Assembly (NCBI GenBank): GCA_050575255.1 | Contig: JBNZDD010013669.1 | Span: 3,082,589 to 3,146,588, forward strand | Direction: 5' to 3' | Source of the DNA: Harriotta raleighana | Taxonomy: Eukaryota | DNA: 64,000 nt | Shown here: piece after piece, positions 49,880 to 63,622 of the stretch | Numbering within the stretch: position 1 is the first letter of the stretch | Layout: each line of letters begins with the position of its first letter | The notes under the pieces: generated by a model | What the model saw: the letters and a program-made list of their open reading frames with translations, nothing else | Database searches by the model: none | What the model was told of the DNA's origin: nothing | Program-made: the position numbers and the translations under genes

Positions 49880-50470
49880 AGTTCTAGATTATCTGCAGCC
49901 TGTGGAGGGAGGATTTGGGAAGGCCGACCAGCAGGGCATTTGCATAATCGAGCCGGTATGCAATGAAAGCGTGGATGAGGGTTTCAGCGGCTTTGAGGGT
50001 GAGGTAGTGGTGGAGTTGGGAAATGTTGCGAAGGTGGGGAAAGGCAGAGCGAGTCATTGCTTGGATGTGGGGGAGGAAAAACAGTTGAGGGTCAAACAAG
50101 ACACCTAGGTTCCTGACTGGCTTGGTGAAGTTGAGTGTGCAACCATGGAGGTTGATGCAGCCAGCGCCAGATGCAAGAAGGCACGAGCCAATTAGTAGGG
50201 CCTTGGTTTTGTTGACATTCAACTGTAGAAAGTTGGGGCTCATACAGGATTTGATGTCTGACAGACAGTCTGTCAGGACAGTGGTAGTCTTAGAGTCAAG
50301 GGTAGAGATAGAGAAAGAGTTGGATGTCATCCGCATACTTGTAGGAGTTAACTCCCTGTCTGCGGATGATGTCACCAAGTGGGAGCATACAGATGTTGAA
50401 AAGTAGGGGGCCAAGGACAGAGCCCTGAGGGATGCCACAGGTGACAGTTTGGGGGTCGGAAAAGACAAGT
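49880..50470 (-). mobile_element. L2 LINE RT fragment
   Basis: CLSDIKSCMSPNFLQLNVNKTK..VRNLGVLFDPQL..RLDYANALL. Confidence 0.9.
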
Positions 50471-51369
50471 GGCCATAAGCATGGTCATATGTGCTTGCGA
50501 CCACCAGGAAGGTGAAAAGTGAACGAGATGGACTTTGGTCTTTTTTCACCTTGCATTTCTTATGTTCTTACGCAATGATCATTCTCCCGACAAGAAGAGT
50601 ACACATAAATAATGGTTTGGAGAATAGTTGTGGAATCCTTTAGAGTAGGAAAAGTTTAAAATTATCAGTAAGGAATGTCTAGTTGTTTTGAACACTAACC
50701 TGAAATACCTTTTTGCATTCTACAAAACTCCCTGGCCTTCTTCAAGTCCCGCCTGAAGACCTTTCCCTTCGATGATCCCATCAATCACCCCAAATTACCC
50801 CCCTTTCTCCCCACCCCGAACCCAGCTCAGGTCGGAAAAATGACTGTCCAGCGCCTTAGGACGTCCCACTGACATAAAAGGTGCTATACAAGTGTAATTC
50901 TGTTGTTATATATTAACAAGATATAATTTGATATTAATCATACACAAGATGGTATTTATAATTATACTTTATTTTCACAATATTTGGGTTTTATAGCAAA
51001 ACACATCATTTGAACATAAATGCAATGAAAAATATCAACAGCTCATTAAATGATGACTAGTAAAAACTATACTGACCAGAGAGCTGCAGGGCTGAATTTC
51101 TGTGCTGTTATCTGATCTCAACTGGGCAACACTTGGAGCAATAATATTGACCTCAATATTCCCTCGGTTAGGGAGAAGCAAATTGGGTACCTGTTTTTGA
51201 TTGTTGCTCAATGACTCTTCTTGGAAAATGTATGTATAAAGATTTTGGGTAAGCATAGGACCAGAGCCACGTATGAAATTCCCCTCCCATAGCCTGTTGC
51301 CACTTGCTTTCTGGGCTTATACATGAACAATTGTCACTTAAGAGATGCCAGAAAACAAGTAGAACTCTG

Positions 51370-51642
51370 TATGTTTATGGACAAAACTCGCCAGCCAATT
51401 GCAGATAGCAGTGTCCCACAGACAGTCTGGATTAAGTAACCAGATTATTATTTTTTTAAAGGATTATTATCCCTGGAAAAGCAATCTGCCAATCAGCTAA
51501 CAATGAAGATCCTACTTACTGTTAGGTAAACAGATCTGTGTGTGGAATAAGGAAACATACTCAACATTTTCCCTGCTGGGATCAAACCCAGATCACTAGC
51601 TTGTGAGGTCAGTACTCTAACCATTGAGCTATAGGAATCCAC
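51370..51642 (-). mobile_element. tRNA-derived SINE (long subfamily), tail missing
   Basis: Reverse-complement head and middle block. Confidence 0.8.
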
Positions 51643-52754
51643 TGTGAAGCAAATGTGTGATCATGGAAATAAGACAATGGAGAATACAGATGTGAAAAGT
51701 ATGGCAGCTTAGTTATATTGTGATTTTATTATGCAGATTGGATATTTTATGTGCCTTGTGCAATATTATTTGCAAAATAAGGCAAAAAATGCAATGGGAA
51801 AATAAATGTTTAATTGAAATCTAACCATTTACATCTAACAATAAAGGAAAAACACTTTGCATTGTTTCTTCTGTTTCCAGCTAATTGTCAGTGGAGAACT
51901 GCAGACTGGGACATTTTTTAATCAAAGGAATTCATTTAAAAATCCCATTCTAATTCTAAAAGCAAGTACAGAATATGTATATCACTTTCTGAAAGGGTGA
52001 GAGTATTTTGCACCAAAGCATGTTAATTGCTTCTCATTTTATTCCATTGTTTTATTCAATATAATTCACAACTGTTGCAAATTTGCTGTGAATCCATTCA
52101 TTTAAATATAGTCAATTTTTCTACTCTTCTTCCCCCTACCACCCTGCTCTGGTCACTACCTCGTTTCCCCCCTTTCTTCCCTCTTTTTTTTCTGCCTACC
52201 CTGTCACCTCCCCTCCTGCTTTGGTCCCTACTTTGGGACGTTGTCGTATTCTGTAAAGCACTTGAGACATCGATAAGATGTGGAAAGCGCTACTTAATGT
52301 AAGGATTATTATTATTATTTCCTTGGCACCAACGTATTAGTTCAATATATTTTAAATAAAATTGTTCCCTTTCAATCATATATTTGGCTTCTATTTTCTG
52401 CTGTTTCCATCTCTTTCCAGTTTCACTTTAATGTTATTGGAAACTGTCAGGCAAAATGAAGATGGTAAGCTGGAAAGAACATAACTCGCATACAGAGTAG
52501 ACAATTCTAGGTCAGATAAGTAGCACAGGACCTCAACTACTAACTTGTATTCCGTGTGCAGAAGCAGGAGAGAGAATGCCAGAGATAACTTCTTTCAACT
52601 GTACCTTGTGGGAGGTTTCCTAGTGTCTGTTCAGAGATCTTAGTCAGCAGCCAGATTTCTACAGGATAAATCCTCATTGATGTGAAATTGGACTAATCTT
52701 ATTAGAGGAATTGCCCTAAATCCCAGTTAAAGTAAGACTTGCTGAAGGCAGATC

Positions 52755-53180
52755 AACAACTTGCATTTATATAGCTCCCTTCGGGCGGGTTAAAATCTTG
52801 GGAGTGATTAACAGCGGTGGAGCTTGATGCTGAGCCAGGGAGAGGTGACTGTAAATGTGGTTGAAAAGGAAGCTGCTCAGGTGTGATCTGAAGACAGGGA
52901 CGTTGGCAGATAGAGATTTGAGGCAGAGAGTTCCACAGGCGTGCTGTGACTGAATCGATAGTGGAGTCAAAGGCATGAGGGATGCGCAGATGGCCAGAAC
53001 CAGTTGAGTGGAGGTGGTGGGTAGTGGGAGTGGGTTGTAAGCAGGTCAGAAAGGTAGAGAAGGCATGAAGTAATTTGTAAATGAATGAGGATCTTGAGCT
53101 TGATTCTTTCTATAATAGGGAATCAGTAGACTTTGTGCTAGTGGAGTGGTACAGAGCTTGGTATGGGTGAGGATATAACT
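52755..53180 (-). mobile_element. Old L2 3' fragment
   Basis: caacaacttgcatttatatagc tail and purine-rich body on the plus strand. Confidence 0.65.
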
Positions 53181-54869
53181 TGAAGACAGACCAGATTGGA
53201 GAAGTATAAAAAGGCATGCAGATCAGACAGGCATGGCAGAAGACATAGGAAACAAATAGAAGAAAGAGTGAAGCAGCAAACAAAAAATAACAAAGGAGAG
53301 AAGCAACAAAGAACTATAAAGCAAAGAAAATATCAAGGGTGCACAAAGCAGAATGTGCTCAGTTCTGCATAAGTCTAAATATGAAAACAACTGATTATAG
53401 CACATAACCTTGTATAGTACAAGTACACTTAAAACATTTTAAATCTATTCCATTATCTTTGGTACATTTTTGTGACATTACTTACACTCTAAATAATAAT
53501 GAGGAAAATAAAAAATGAGTAGAAAAAAAATCTTGATCCACAGATAACATCTAACCTGGGTATGGAAACATTGTCAACGTAAACGAACGTAAAAATTCTG
53601 AGAATTAACAGTACTCTTAATTTGGGTACCATTATTACCTTTTAATTGCTGTATTCAGCAACAAAAAGGTTGACTTGTTTTAAGACTTGCCTATTTATTA
53701 TTGGAACAAATGTAGGTTACAGATTTGTGGAATCCAGCAAATTCCATTATATGCCATACTGGTAAAGTACAGATTTAAAACATGTTTAGCCCACTGTACA
53801 AATGAAATTCATGTATATTAAATGACTATAGGGATACAAATTACAACTTCAAAATGTACATTAAATATCACAGATCTCCATAGATGCACAATAATGACTG
53901 ACGTTTGTCAGTGTAATAAATTTAGATTTATTCTTTTTGTTCATTTATGCTCTTTATTCAATCATAAAAGAGTGTGTTCTGATTTCAATCTGAGACACTG
54001 ATACATCTGTGCCAGTTGAATTCTGACAAGCTTGTATTCTTTAACTTCTACACGCTAAAATTTGCTTTGATCATACTTCAGCTTTACCCATGTGCTGATG
54101 ATAGCTTGCAGAGCCATACCAAACTGAATGTGATATAGTTATGCATATGCCCCGAGTCTCAAAAAGTACCACATCCAAAGTTAATATTAGATGTAGTCAG
54201 TTTCCTATGCCAACCCTTTGCACAAGTCTTAGCTATAAGTCTTGAAGCATTTTAGTAAATTGTGTACAGATGTAAATGTTTAGTTTGTCTGATGCTCAGC
54301 AACTGACAAGAGGATAATTCAGACGAGAGCATTTTCCTACTGATCATAAATTGACAACAGGATCTTCTATTTGCATGGTAATGTTACAAAAAACTAGCTG
54401 AGTATATTCTGTTTTTACTTACCTTGGGGGATTATCAGCCGATTCTCCCCACTCGGGATGTCGTAGGGGAGAGGGGAAAAGTTCCAGTTTTGAGTATTTT
54501 GCTACTGGCTGAACTAATGGTAAGCCTGATCTCTCTCCCAAAGGAACCAAGCAAATGTAACTTTACTGACAGGAAGATATGTTTCGTCTCTTTGGAAAAT
54601 GTGGCAGCGATAAAGAGGCTGTGTGTTTTTTGGAACATCTTGACAAAAGAGAATGCAGTTATCTCTTGAAGAAAGGAGTCAAATCAATGGGGGTAAAAAA
54701 GTCTACTGTGAAAATGGGTGCCGGATACCAAACATTCACCAATGCTGCTTCTAGTCACCATCCTTTCTCACCACTCAGATGAAAACAAATCACATTTGTA
54801 TAGTGCGTTTTGCGTATGGAATGCATTTCTGTAGCACTTGATCACATTGAAACATTGCAAAGTGCAATA

Positions 54870-55487
54870 CAGTTAATCCTCATCAATCGCAGTGGTTACG
54901 TCCCTGGAAAACTGCGCACTTGATAAAATCTCGTTGGGTAAGCTTAACCAGTAATGGGAAAACGGGGGTTTGGGGAATCCAGCCACAGGTTACCCACCTC
55001 AAGCTTCCAGGCACATCCACATCCGACCAATGCAAGATACGTACTGAGGCGGGTTACAGCCAGCTGACCATCTTGTCACTCTCCCTGCTCTCATTGGAGA
55101 CAATAAAACAGCAATAAAGCAATAAAAGATGACGTAATACTGTAAAGCAATAAAATCACAGCTAGGCTAAATTATTTTATCTTTGGTCCTGGAAGTGTTA
55201 GGAGATGCTCTCTCTCTTTGTCTCTATGTTTATCATGCAATGCCATCAGGATGCTCTGAGGACGAAGAGTCTTTCCCAAGGGTGCATTATGCTCAGGGCC
55301 AGCCAGCCGAGGAATCATTGGATTTAGGCGGGAGATGCCAGTGTCCTCACAAGTGCGCATGCACGCAGGGCCAGCCAGCGCATATACATAAGTTTTACGA
55401 GTGTTATGCAAATAAGTGCCGCTTTTTTTCCCGTCGCCTATGCTTGAATTTGCAATCGATAAAGTCACGTTCGGCGAGGGTTAACTG
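54870..55487. mobile_element. Second Tigger-like non-autonomous DNA transposon family (618 bp)
   Basis: TA-cagttaatcctc...gagggttaactg-TA terminal inverted repeats and TA duplication. Confidence 0.75.
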
Positions 55488-57079
55488 TAAATTAAATTAT
55501 TGTCACACGTAATGAATTGTTGCAGACAATCACAACAAATAGCCTTAAGGTAAATAACCAATGTATTTGGATACGTTTGGCCATTACACTGTACTGGGAG
55601 AAATTTCATGGTCTTTTCAGCCAGTGCCATGGTATTTTTACCATCAAACCTGTAGAGCAGATAGAGAATTCAACAACAAAATGACACATGTACAGCGCCT
55701 TTCACGTCAGAAGGACGTCCAAGGCGCTGGACAATCATTGCTTCAGACCCAAGCTAGAGTCTGGGATGAGGAGGATGGAGGGAAAGGGGGGTAATATTCA
55801 GTTCAATGTCTTATCCAGAGTACAGCACCTTTAACAATGCAATTGTCCTGAATAGCTATGTATGGAGGGGGAGATTTTTCAGTATTTCTTAATGCGATTT
55901 CACCATCATAATCAGTAGGAACACATCTATTTGATCTGTTTTCAGAGGAGTTACTTTGAGTTGGAATAACACATGTAACCTACTTCTGGGTGGAATCTCC
56001 ATTCAGATTTCTTAATCAAGAAATCTAGTAAAAATGACCCTAGGATATTTTTTAAAAATTAAGTATTGAAGTATGGAATCATTCCATAAAAGGAAAAAAA
56101 ACTTACAAAAATAATAATTACTTTAAAAGCTAATAGAATTATATGTAGTACTGTCTCATTTTATGATTTTATTTTCTTCATGTGTTTGAAAAGCTCTTTT
56201 ACCAAAGACATGGTAGTTGGGACAAAACGCTTAAGATACAATTACATAGATCTGTCCCCTCATTCTATTATTCCAGATGATCATTGGTGGAATACTAACA
56301 AATATGACCATTTGAGTTTTTTTTTAACAAGTTAGCTGATTTCTGTTTTGAAAACACTATATTTAAAAATGCAGAAATAACAATTACTAGTAGCCAAATA
56401 TGACATGTTTTTTTCAATATTTAGAACTTTTTCTGAAATACTTCTGCATAACAATTCCAAATAAATTGTCAATTTTGCATAATTCAATCTACAGTATTTT
56501 GCACAATGGGGTCTGTGCATAGGGATGCCCACATCCAAAATATGAAGGGGGTTGTTTCTTCCAGCTACTACTGCCTTATAGGTTACAGAAAATAGAATGT
56601 GAGCTAATGCACTGTGTCTCACAGGTGTCAAGCATGTCATTTATACTCTCTTGAAAAAAGTGAACATAGTACAGTCTTAACAGTACAATCCTAACAACTC
56701 TGCCCTCAAGTATTCTGCTGCACTGCACCCCTCTAGAGCTTTGAATTGCATGACACGGCTGACAAATAACAAAACCGACTCCTTAGCAGCAGTTTGTCTC
56801 AGTGGGGAAGTGTCAATCATAACTACCCTGTTCCTGACATACAAAGGAAGAATAGTAATAAATAGAGAAATATGGGGGACTAGTCTGTACACTAAAACGT
56901 GGTGGATTCAGGTCTTTAATCACAGCGGGATGGAATCATGATCTATATCAACAAATAAGTTGTGTGGATTTTGGTGGATGCGTTTCTTCCCTAAAATAAA
57001 ACATTATGCAGACATCGAATGTGTGTTGTTTATTGTTATCGGGAAATTAACTTTATTACATTGCACCACTTTTGAGGAT

Positions 57080-57570
57080 TACTCCGCCGCCTGCAGTCTC
57101 ACCCGTACCAAACTCCACTCTCCGATTACCCCAATGCTTGCCAGACTGCACTGGATCCCTGTCCCGGAGAGGATTGATTTAAAAATCCTCATACTTGTAT
57201 TTAAATCTCTCCACTCCTCTGCACTCCCCTACCTTTCTGACATCCTCTCTCCTCACAACCTCCCGTTGCCTTCGCTCCACCAGTTCTGTCCTTCTCCTTG
57301 ACCCCCGAATCCTCCACTCTATTATCAGCGGCTGTGCCTTCAGCCACTATGTCCCGAGACTCCGGAACTCCCTTCCTCACTACCTTCGCCCTTTCCCTTT
57401 CACCTTTTCCTATTTTCAGGTCTCGGCTAAAGACCTTTTTTTTTCGACCGTGCTTTCGGTCACTTCTTCGCCCTCCCACTGGCTCGGCCCCAAGATCTGT
57501 TATTGGGAAGTGCTCTGAGATGCCATTCGGCAAGAAAGGCGCTATGTAAATCCAAGTTGTTGTTGTTATT
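57080..57570 (+). mobile_element. L2 LINE 3' fragment
   Basis: SPITPMLARLHWIPVPERIDLKILILVFKSLH; tail aaaggcgctatgtaaatccaagttgttgttg. Confidence 0.88.
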
Positions 57571-58822
57571 AGTATGACATTTCAAAGGTGAAGTTGATTG
57601 AAATTACAGCCATTCCCAGTACATAGTGTTTGGTCCTATGTGGCAGTGACTAGAAGTCCTTCAACTGCAGGTTTCTATCAATCACTGCAAACATGCATCT
57701 TCTTAACCCTTCAGAGTACCTTGAGTATAAAAATGTTTAGCAACATTAAACACTCATGATACAAAATGATACACCATCACCTGTATTGGTTACACCATCA
57801 ATAAAAGCATTAAAATGCATGATTGAGTAGTACTTAAAATGTATACATTTCCATTCAAAATCATTTCCACATTTTGTGGTTGGTTGCAAGAATGGTAAAT
57901 GATTTTATTAAAATAAACGGTGGTATTTATAGTGTCGCAATTTCAGAGTTGAAGGTGGATAATGTAAATGCCGGTATGTCTATGTCAATCACATTTGTGG
58001 CATCAGTTTTTTACAAAATATGTAACCAATTTATAGCAAATGTTTTTGATGGTCTATTCTTGTCTTGGAGCTAAGTTTTCAACCTTTTCATGTTCAACGA
58101 TCAAATTATGGAAGCAGTCCAAACTATTTAACCCAAATTTCTTCCATCAGGAATCTGGACAAAGGAAGTTTGACCATGACGTCTCATGATTCCTATGCAT
58201 CATCTATCTCCTAAAACTTACTATTCATGTATAAATCCCTTGTTTGTGTAATGTAGGACTTCAATGATGTATAATGTTATGTGATCCCCAAAACTCAATT
58301 ATGATACAATTAGACCACATCAAGGGTAAGATTAAGATGAACCTCATTTGGCAATTTGTACCCCCTATTCAAACTGTACAGATCCGTTCATACTGACTCA
58401 CTGGGTTATCAATGCTGGCACAGATCACTTCGTCACCATAGCATGCATCAATTGGATGTCATGTTTGTCTACAAAATCCAAAGTCAACCATATGATAAAG
58501 AGCTATATTATCCATTAGCAGCAGAACCGGGGTGAGGATGTAAAGTTAAAAATACCGCTATCCAGGTTGAAGATGAGGAGGTTTCTCTTCCATCTGCCTT
58601 TCTTGTCCAGGCCATGGGCAGTGGCAGGTACTATTGGATTATTGATGATGAAGGACTTTGAGCGATCCCTCTAGCATCTTTGGTCACGATTTCCCCACTG
58701 TAAATAGTTTCTGCTGCCTATGATATCAAATGTAAGGATGATGTATAGGTTTGGGGTACAGAGGTGCTGGAGGTATGGGGAACAGGGGATGGGAGGCTGG
58801 AGGTGCGGGGCACGAGGAGCCC

Positions 58823-58916
58823 GCTGGGGGTGTGGGGGGGCTGCTGGGGGTGTGGGGGGGCTGCTGGGGGTGTGGGGGGGCTGCTGGGGGTGTGGGGAGG
58901 GCTGCTGGGGGTGTGG
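58823..58916. repeat. G-rich 20-bp minisatellite (ctgctgggggtgtggggggg) x ~4.5
   Basis: Direct reading. Confidence 0.9.
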
Positions 58917-58944
58917 CGTTGTTCTGTGCGCTATCATAAATACC

Positions 58945-61108
58945 TTTCAGAGCCCAGCTCTCCATAATCATCTCTCCTCCACCTTCAGCTCTCTCATCCT
59001 CCTGAAATCAAAGTCCACCTTCAAACCTACCCATTTCCCCTGGTATAATACTTATCTCTGCTCCCTAAAAACCTAAACCCAATTGCTCAAGCGTAAGGGG
59101 CAGAAAGCCGGTCTGACAGTTCACCACCAACTGTGGCTCGTGCATCTCCACGGTTATCGCCGTTCTTTGTCGCGCGTGAAAACGACCCACTAGTTCAACA
59201 TCATCCTGGAAGCTAAAAACACCCCGAAAGTCTCCTTTTTTCCACCACCCACCATCTCCTCCATGCATCCCCTCAGGCATCCTCAATCCTCACTTCAAAT
59301 GCGAAGTGCAAGGAAATAGGTCACGGACTTCTTTTCCTCCAAAATCCATCAGGCAACCTCATTCTTCTGCTTCTCGTTCCCCACCACCACCATCCCCATT
59401 CCGTTCCCCTCATCTTCCCTGTCATCAGCTCCTACCATGACCCTCTTCCTACATTCCTTCTCCCCTGTCTCTCCTTCCTCCCTCTCACGCTCCATCACTT
59501 CCCACTCCACCACCTCAATGAAGCCCACCACCTGCTGCCTCAACCCCCTTTCCACCAACTTACTGGTCACCCAACTCCCCCTCCTCTGACACTGCTGACT
59601 GACATCATCAACCAGTCCCTCTCCATCGGATCAGTCCCTGCCCCCCTCAAAACTGCTGCCATCACGCCCCTCCTCAAAAAAACCTTCCCTAGATCCCTCA
59701 AACTCTAGTCACTACCACCCTATTTCAAACCTGCCCTTCCTTGCCAAAGCACTCGAACAAGTTGTTGCCAACCAACTCGGTGCCCACCTCTCCTCCCATT
59801 CCCTTTTCGAACCGCTCCAGTTCGGTTTCCGCCCTGCCCACAGTACAGAGACTATGCTTGTGAAAGTCACAAACAATGCCTTCTCTATCTGTGACCAGGG
59901 CTCCCTCCTCCTTGTCCTTTGGACCTGTCTGCTGCATTCAACATGCCATCCTCCTCCACCTCCTGTCAACCATGCCATCCTCCTCCACCGCCTTCCTCTG
60001 TCATCCACCTCAGTGGGACAGCACTTGCCTGGTTCGAATCCTATCTCACAAACTGCCAGCAGTAGATCTCCAAAAATGGCTTTTCCTCCCGCTCTCACCC
60101 AGTTACCCTCCTCATCTATATGCTCCCTCTTGGGGATGCCATCCGCAGATATGAGGTGCGCTTCCACATGTATGGGGATGATACCCAACTCTATTTCTCC
60201 ACCTCACTTTGTGACCCCCATTCCCGATGTTCTGTCAGCCTGCCTATCAGACATCAGGAGCTGGATAAGTGCAAATGTTCTGCAGCTCAATGTTGACAAG
60301 ACGGAAGCCATACTCTTTGGCTCTCATCAACATCTTCAATCACAAGGCTCGCACCTCCTCCACCTTCCTGAACTGCCCCTAAAACTCTCTGAACCGATGC
60401 GCAACCTAGGCGTCAGGTTCGACCCCCAACTGTCCTTCCTCCCCCACATCCGGCCCCTCTCCAGCACTGTTTTTTTCCACCTCCGACGGATCGCTAATCT
60501 CCGGCAATATCTCTCCCCAAAAGCCGCTCAAACCCTGGTCCATACCTTTGTCATCTCTCGGCTGGACTATTCCAATGCCCTCCTCGCCGGTCTCTCCTCC
60601 ACCACAATCCATAAAATCTAACTCATTCAAAATCTGTCGTCCGCATTCTCACCCGCACCAAACCTCGCTCCCCCATTACCCCAGTCGTTGCCAGACTTCA
60701 CAGGCTCCCTGACCTGGAAAGGATCAATTTCAAGATCCTCACCCTTGTTTTCAAATCCCTCCACTCCTCTGCACCCCCACTACTTCTCTGACCTCCACTC
60801 TCCTCAAATCAGCACCCGTTGCCTTTGCTCCACCGGGTCTAGCTTCCCCCTTGTCCCCCGAATCCTCCGCTCCACCAGCAGCGGCCGTGCTTTCAGCCAC
60901 TGTGCCCCTGGAACTCCCTTTCTCACTCCCTTCGCCCCCTCTCCTCCCAGTTTCAGGTCCCAACTAAAGACCTTTCTCTTCGACCGCGCCTTTGGTCACC
61001 TTTCCCCCCCTGCCCCTGGCTCGGTCCCGGGATCCATTATTGTGAAGCTCTGAGACGCTGGTCCGGTGTGGAGGTCGCTATATAAATCAAAGTTGTTGTT
61101 GTTGTTGT
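58945..61108 (+). mobile_element. Longest L2 LINE copy, 5'-truncated with frameshifted ORF2 and intact 3' tail
   Basis: ISNLPFLAK, QFGFRPAHSTET, HMYGDDTQLY (RT core), LQLNVDKTEAI, SRLDYSNALL; ends (gtt)n. Confidence 0.93.
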
Positions 61109-61229
61109 GCACTAAGTAAGGGCAGGGGAGTGAGGTCAGGGTGTAGAATTGACTGTGAGTTTGGGGCAGCAAAAACGGGCGGTGTTCTCTCTCTGACCTC
61201 CCCAGTCTCTCTGATCGCGCCCCCCCCCN

Positions 61230-62100
61230 TCACTACCACCCTATTTCAAACCTGCCCTTCCTTGCCAAAGCACTCGAACAAGTTGTTGCCAACCAACTCG
61301 GTGCCCACCTCTCCTCCCATTCCCTTTTCGAACCGCTCCAGTTCGGTTTCCGCCCTGCCCACAGTACAGAGACTATGCTTGTGAAAGTCACAAACAATGC
61401 CTTCTCTATCTGTGACCAGGGCTCCCTCCTCCTTGTCCTTTGGACCTGTCTGCTGCATTCAACATGCCATCCTCCTCCACCTCCTGTCAACCATGCCATC
61501 CTCCTCCACCGCCTTCCTCTGTCATCCACCTCAGTGGGACAGCACTTGCCTGGTTCGAATCCTATCTCACAAACTGCCAGCAGTAGATCTCCAAAAATGG
61601 CTTTTCCTCCCGCTCTCACCCAGTTACCCTCCTCATCTATATGCTCCCTCTTGGGGATGCCATCCGCAGATATGAGGTGCGCTTCCACATGTATGGGGAT
61701 GATACCCAACTCTATTTCTCCACCTCACTTTGTGACCCCCATTCCCGATGTTCTGTCAGCCTGCCTATCAGACATCAGGAGCTGGATAAGTGCAAATGTT
61801 CTGCAGCTCAATGTTGACAAGACGGAAGCCATACTCTTTGGCTCTCATCAACATCTTCAATCACAAGGCTCGCACCTCCTCCACCTTCCTGAACTGCCCC
61901 TAAAACTCTCTGAACCGATGCGCAACCTAGGCGTCAGGTTCGACCCCCAACTGTCCTTCCTCCCCCACATCCGGCCCCTCTCCAGCACTGTTTTTTTCCA
62001 CCTCCGACGGATCGCTAATCTCCGGCAATATCTCTCCCCAAAAGCCGCTCAAACCCTGGTCCATACCTTTGTCATCTCTCGGCTGGACTATTCCAATGCC
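61230..62100 (+). other. Assembly artefact: apparently exact copy of 59709-60579 between two Ns
   Basis: Identical ORF translations at offset 1521; bounded by N61229 and N62101. Confidence 0.85.
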
Positions 62101-62164
62101 NTGTGACGACCAGGATCTCTGGTAGAGGACAGATTTTATAAAACTTCGGAATTACGTAATAATC

Positions 62165-62530
62165 AGTGATAATAATACTCCGTGCATTTCTTATGGCACG
62201 TTAACACATCTTTGAGGTGTCCCAAAGCGCTTTACACAATATACTGTAAAATTGCCTATATTTTCTGGGTGAAATGTGGCAGCAGACTGCTCATAGCAGC
62301 GTCCTACAAACGTGGATTGAGTGACCATTTTATTATTTATTTTGAAGGAATTATTATTATAATAATTATTATTATTATCCCTGGAAAAGCAATCCGCCAA
62401 TTGACTACCATCCAGGTTCCTACTTACTGCTAGGCATGTGGAGTAAGGAAAGTTGCCCAAAATTTCCCACTGAGCAGAATCCAACCCAGTTTCTCTCGTT
62501 TGCTCTAACCACTAAGCTACCAGACTCCAC
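62165..62530 (-). mobile_element. tRNA-derived SINE (long subfamily)
   Basis: Head, middle block and core on the minus strand. Confidence 0.82.
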
Positions 62531-63046
62531 GTTGTTGCATTTGTACCGGGAGACAGTGTCCATTCCAAACATGTAAATCCCCATATGTAGGTGGTATACA
62601 TATTTGGAACTTGTTGGTTTGGTACCCTTAAGCATATTAATTATAATCCTGGTATTTAACATGGTGCTTTTCTTGTCTGGAGGATGTCCCCAAGTGCTTC
62701 ACAGGATATATTGTGGAGTGTTTTGTGAGATAATGCGACAGCCAAATTGGATACAGCATTGTCCCACAAACAGCCATTGAGTGAGTGACCAATTTTATTG
62801 AAGGATTGTAGGTCAGAATGCTGAGAGAAAATCCCTTCTCTTTTTGAATAGTGTCATAAGAAATTTAACATTGGTACACCACACAATACAGCACACTCCC
62901 AGCACACGCATTGGTGTGTCAGCCTCAATTATATGAGATGCAAGGGCTGATGTGAACTTGAATCCACAACTTTCTGATTGCAGAGATATAAATTAGAATT
63001 TTAAAATGTACCAGCCTAATACACAAAGTGAAAAAACAAATAGGCA

Positions 63047-63330
63047 TAGAGTCCTGTAGCATAGTGGTTAGAGCACTTCCTGCGCCAGCAAAAGTACCCA
63101 GGTTCAATTCATGGGCAGAGCAATACTTTAGGCAAGTTTCCTTACTCCACATGTCTTGTTAACAATAAGAAGGAACCCCCTTGTTAAATGATTGGGGGAT
63201 CGCTCTCTGGGGATAAAAATAATCTCTCACCAAAAAATGATTTCAATTCATTTTACACTATATCCTGTGAAGCGCTTCGAGATATCTCAATGATGTGATA
63301 TGATGCTATGTCAAATACAAGTATTATTAT
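63047..63330 (+). mobile_element. tRNA-derived SINE (long subfamily, core partly deleted)
   Basis: gagtcctgtagcatagtggttagagc head; aagcgcttcgagat tail. Confidence 0.8.
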
Positions 63331-63508
63331 ACATTCCATGTAAAGAAAGTTAATGCAGTGCATCAGGGCTGTCCAAAATTCATAGGGGACAGCTATAACC
63401 TGTAAAGTCACCCTTGGGACCATTCAGTTCTCACTGCAAAAATGCTCTGCAGTTTGTTGAGACTACAATCCCAGTAGAAAGTAACACTATTGTTTAAATG
63501 TTTTAAAG

Positions 63509-63622
63509 GTTGAAACTCGTGAAGATGAGGAACAGAATGTTAAACTGGCGGAAATCTTGGAATTGCTGGTTGCTGCTGGATACTTCAGAGCAAGAATTAA
63601 GGGACTATCACCATTTGACAAG
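63509..63622 (+). CDS. CCDC93: CCDC93 exon 2 (CCC/Commander complex subunit), 114 nt, phase 0-0
   Basis: [38 protein letters not shown]; acceptor ttttaaag, donor AAG|gtgagc; not in the ORF track. Confidence 0.96.

Noticed and set aside
25000-58900. Numerous 60-110 aa ORFs in the intergenic region
   Set aside because: No recognisable homology or consistent exon structure; many derive from SINE/LINE sequence or chance
59854-60621. 255-aa ORF as a host gene
   Set aside because: Frameshifted L2 ORF2; the RT core motif lies in another frame
61230-62100. Apparent second young L2 copy or segmental duplication
   Set aside because: Appears identical to 59709-60579 and is bounded by Ns on both sides
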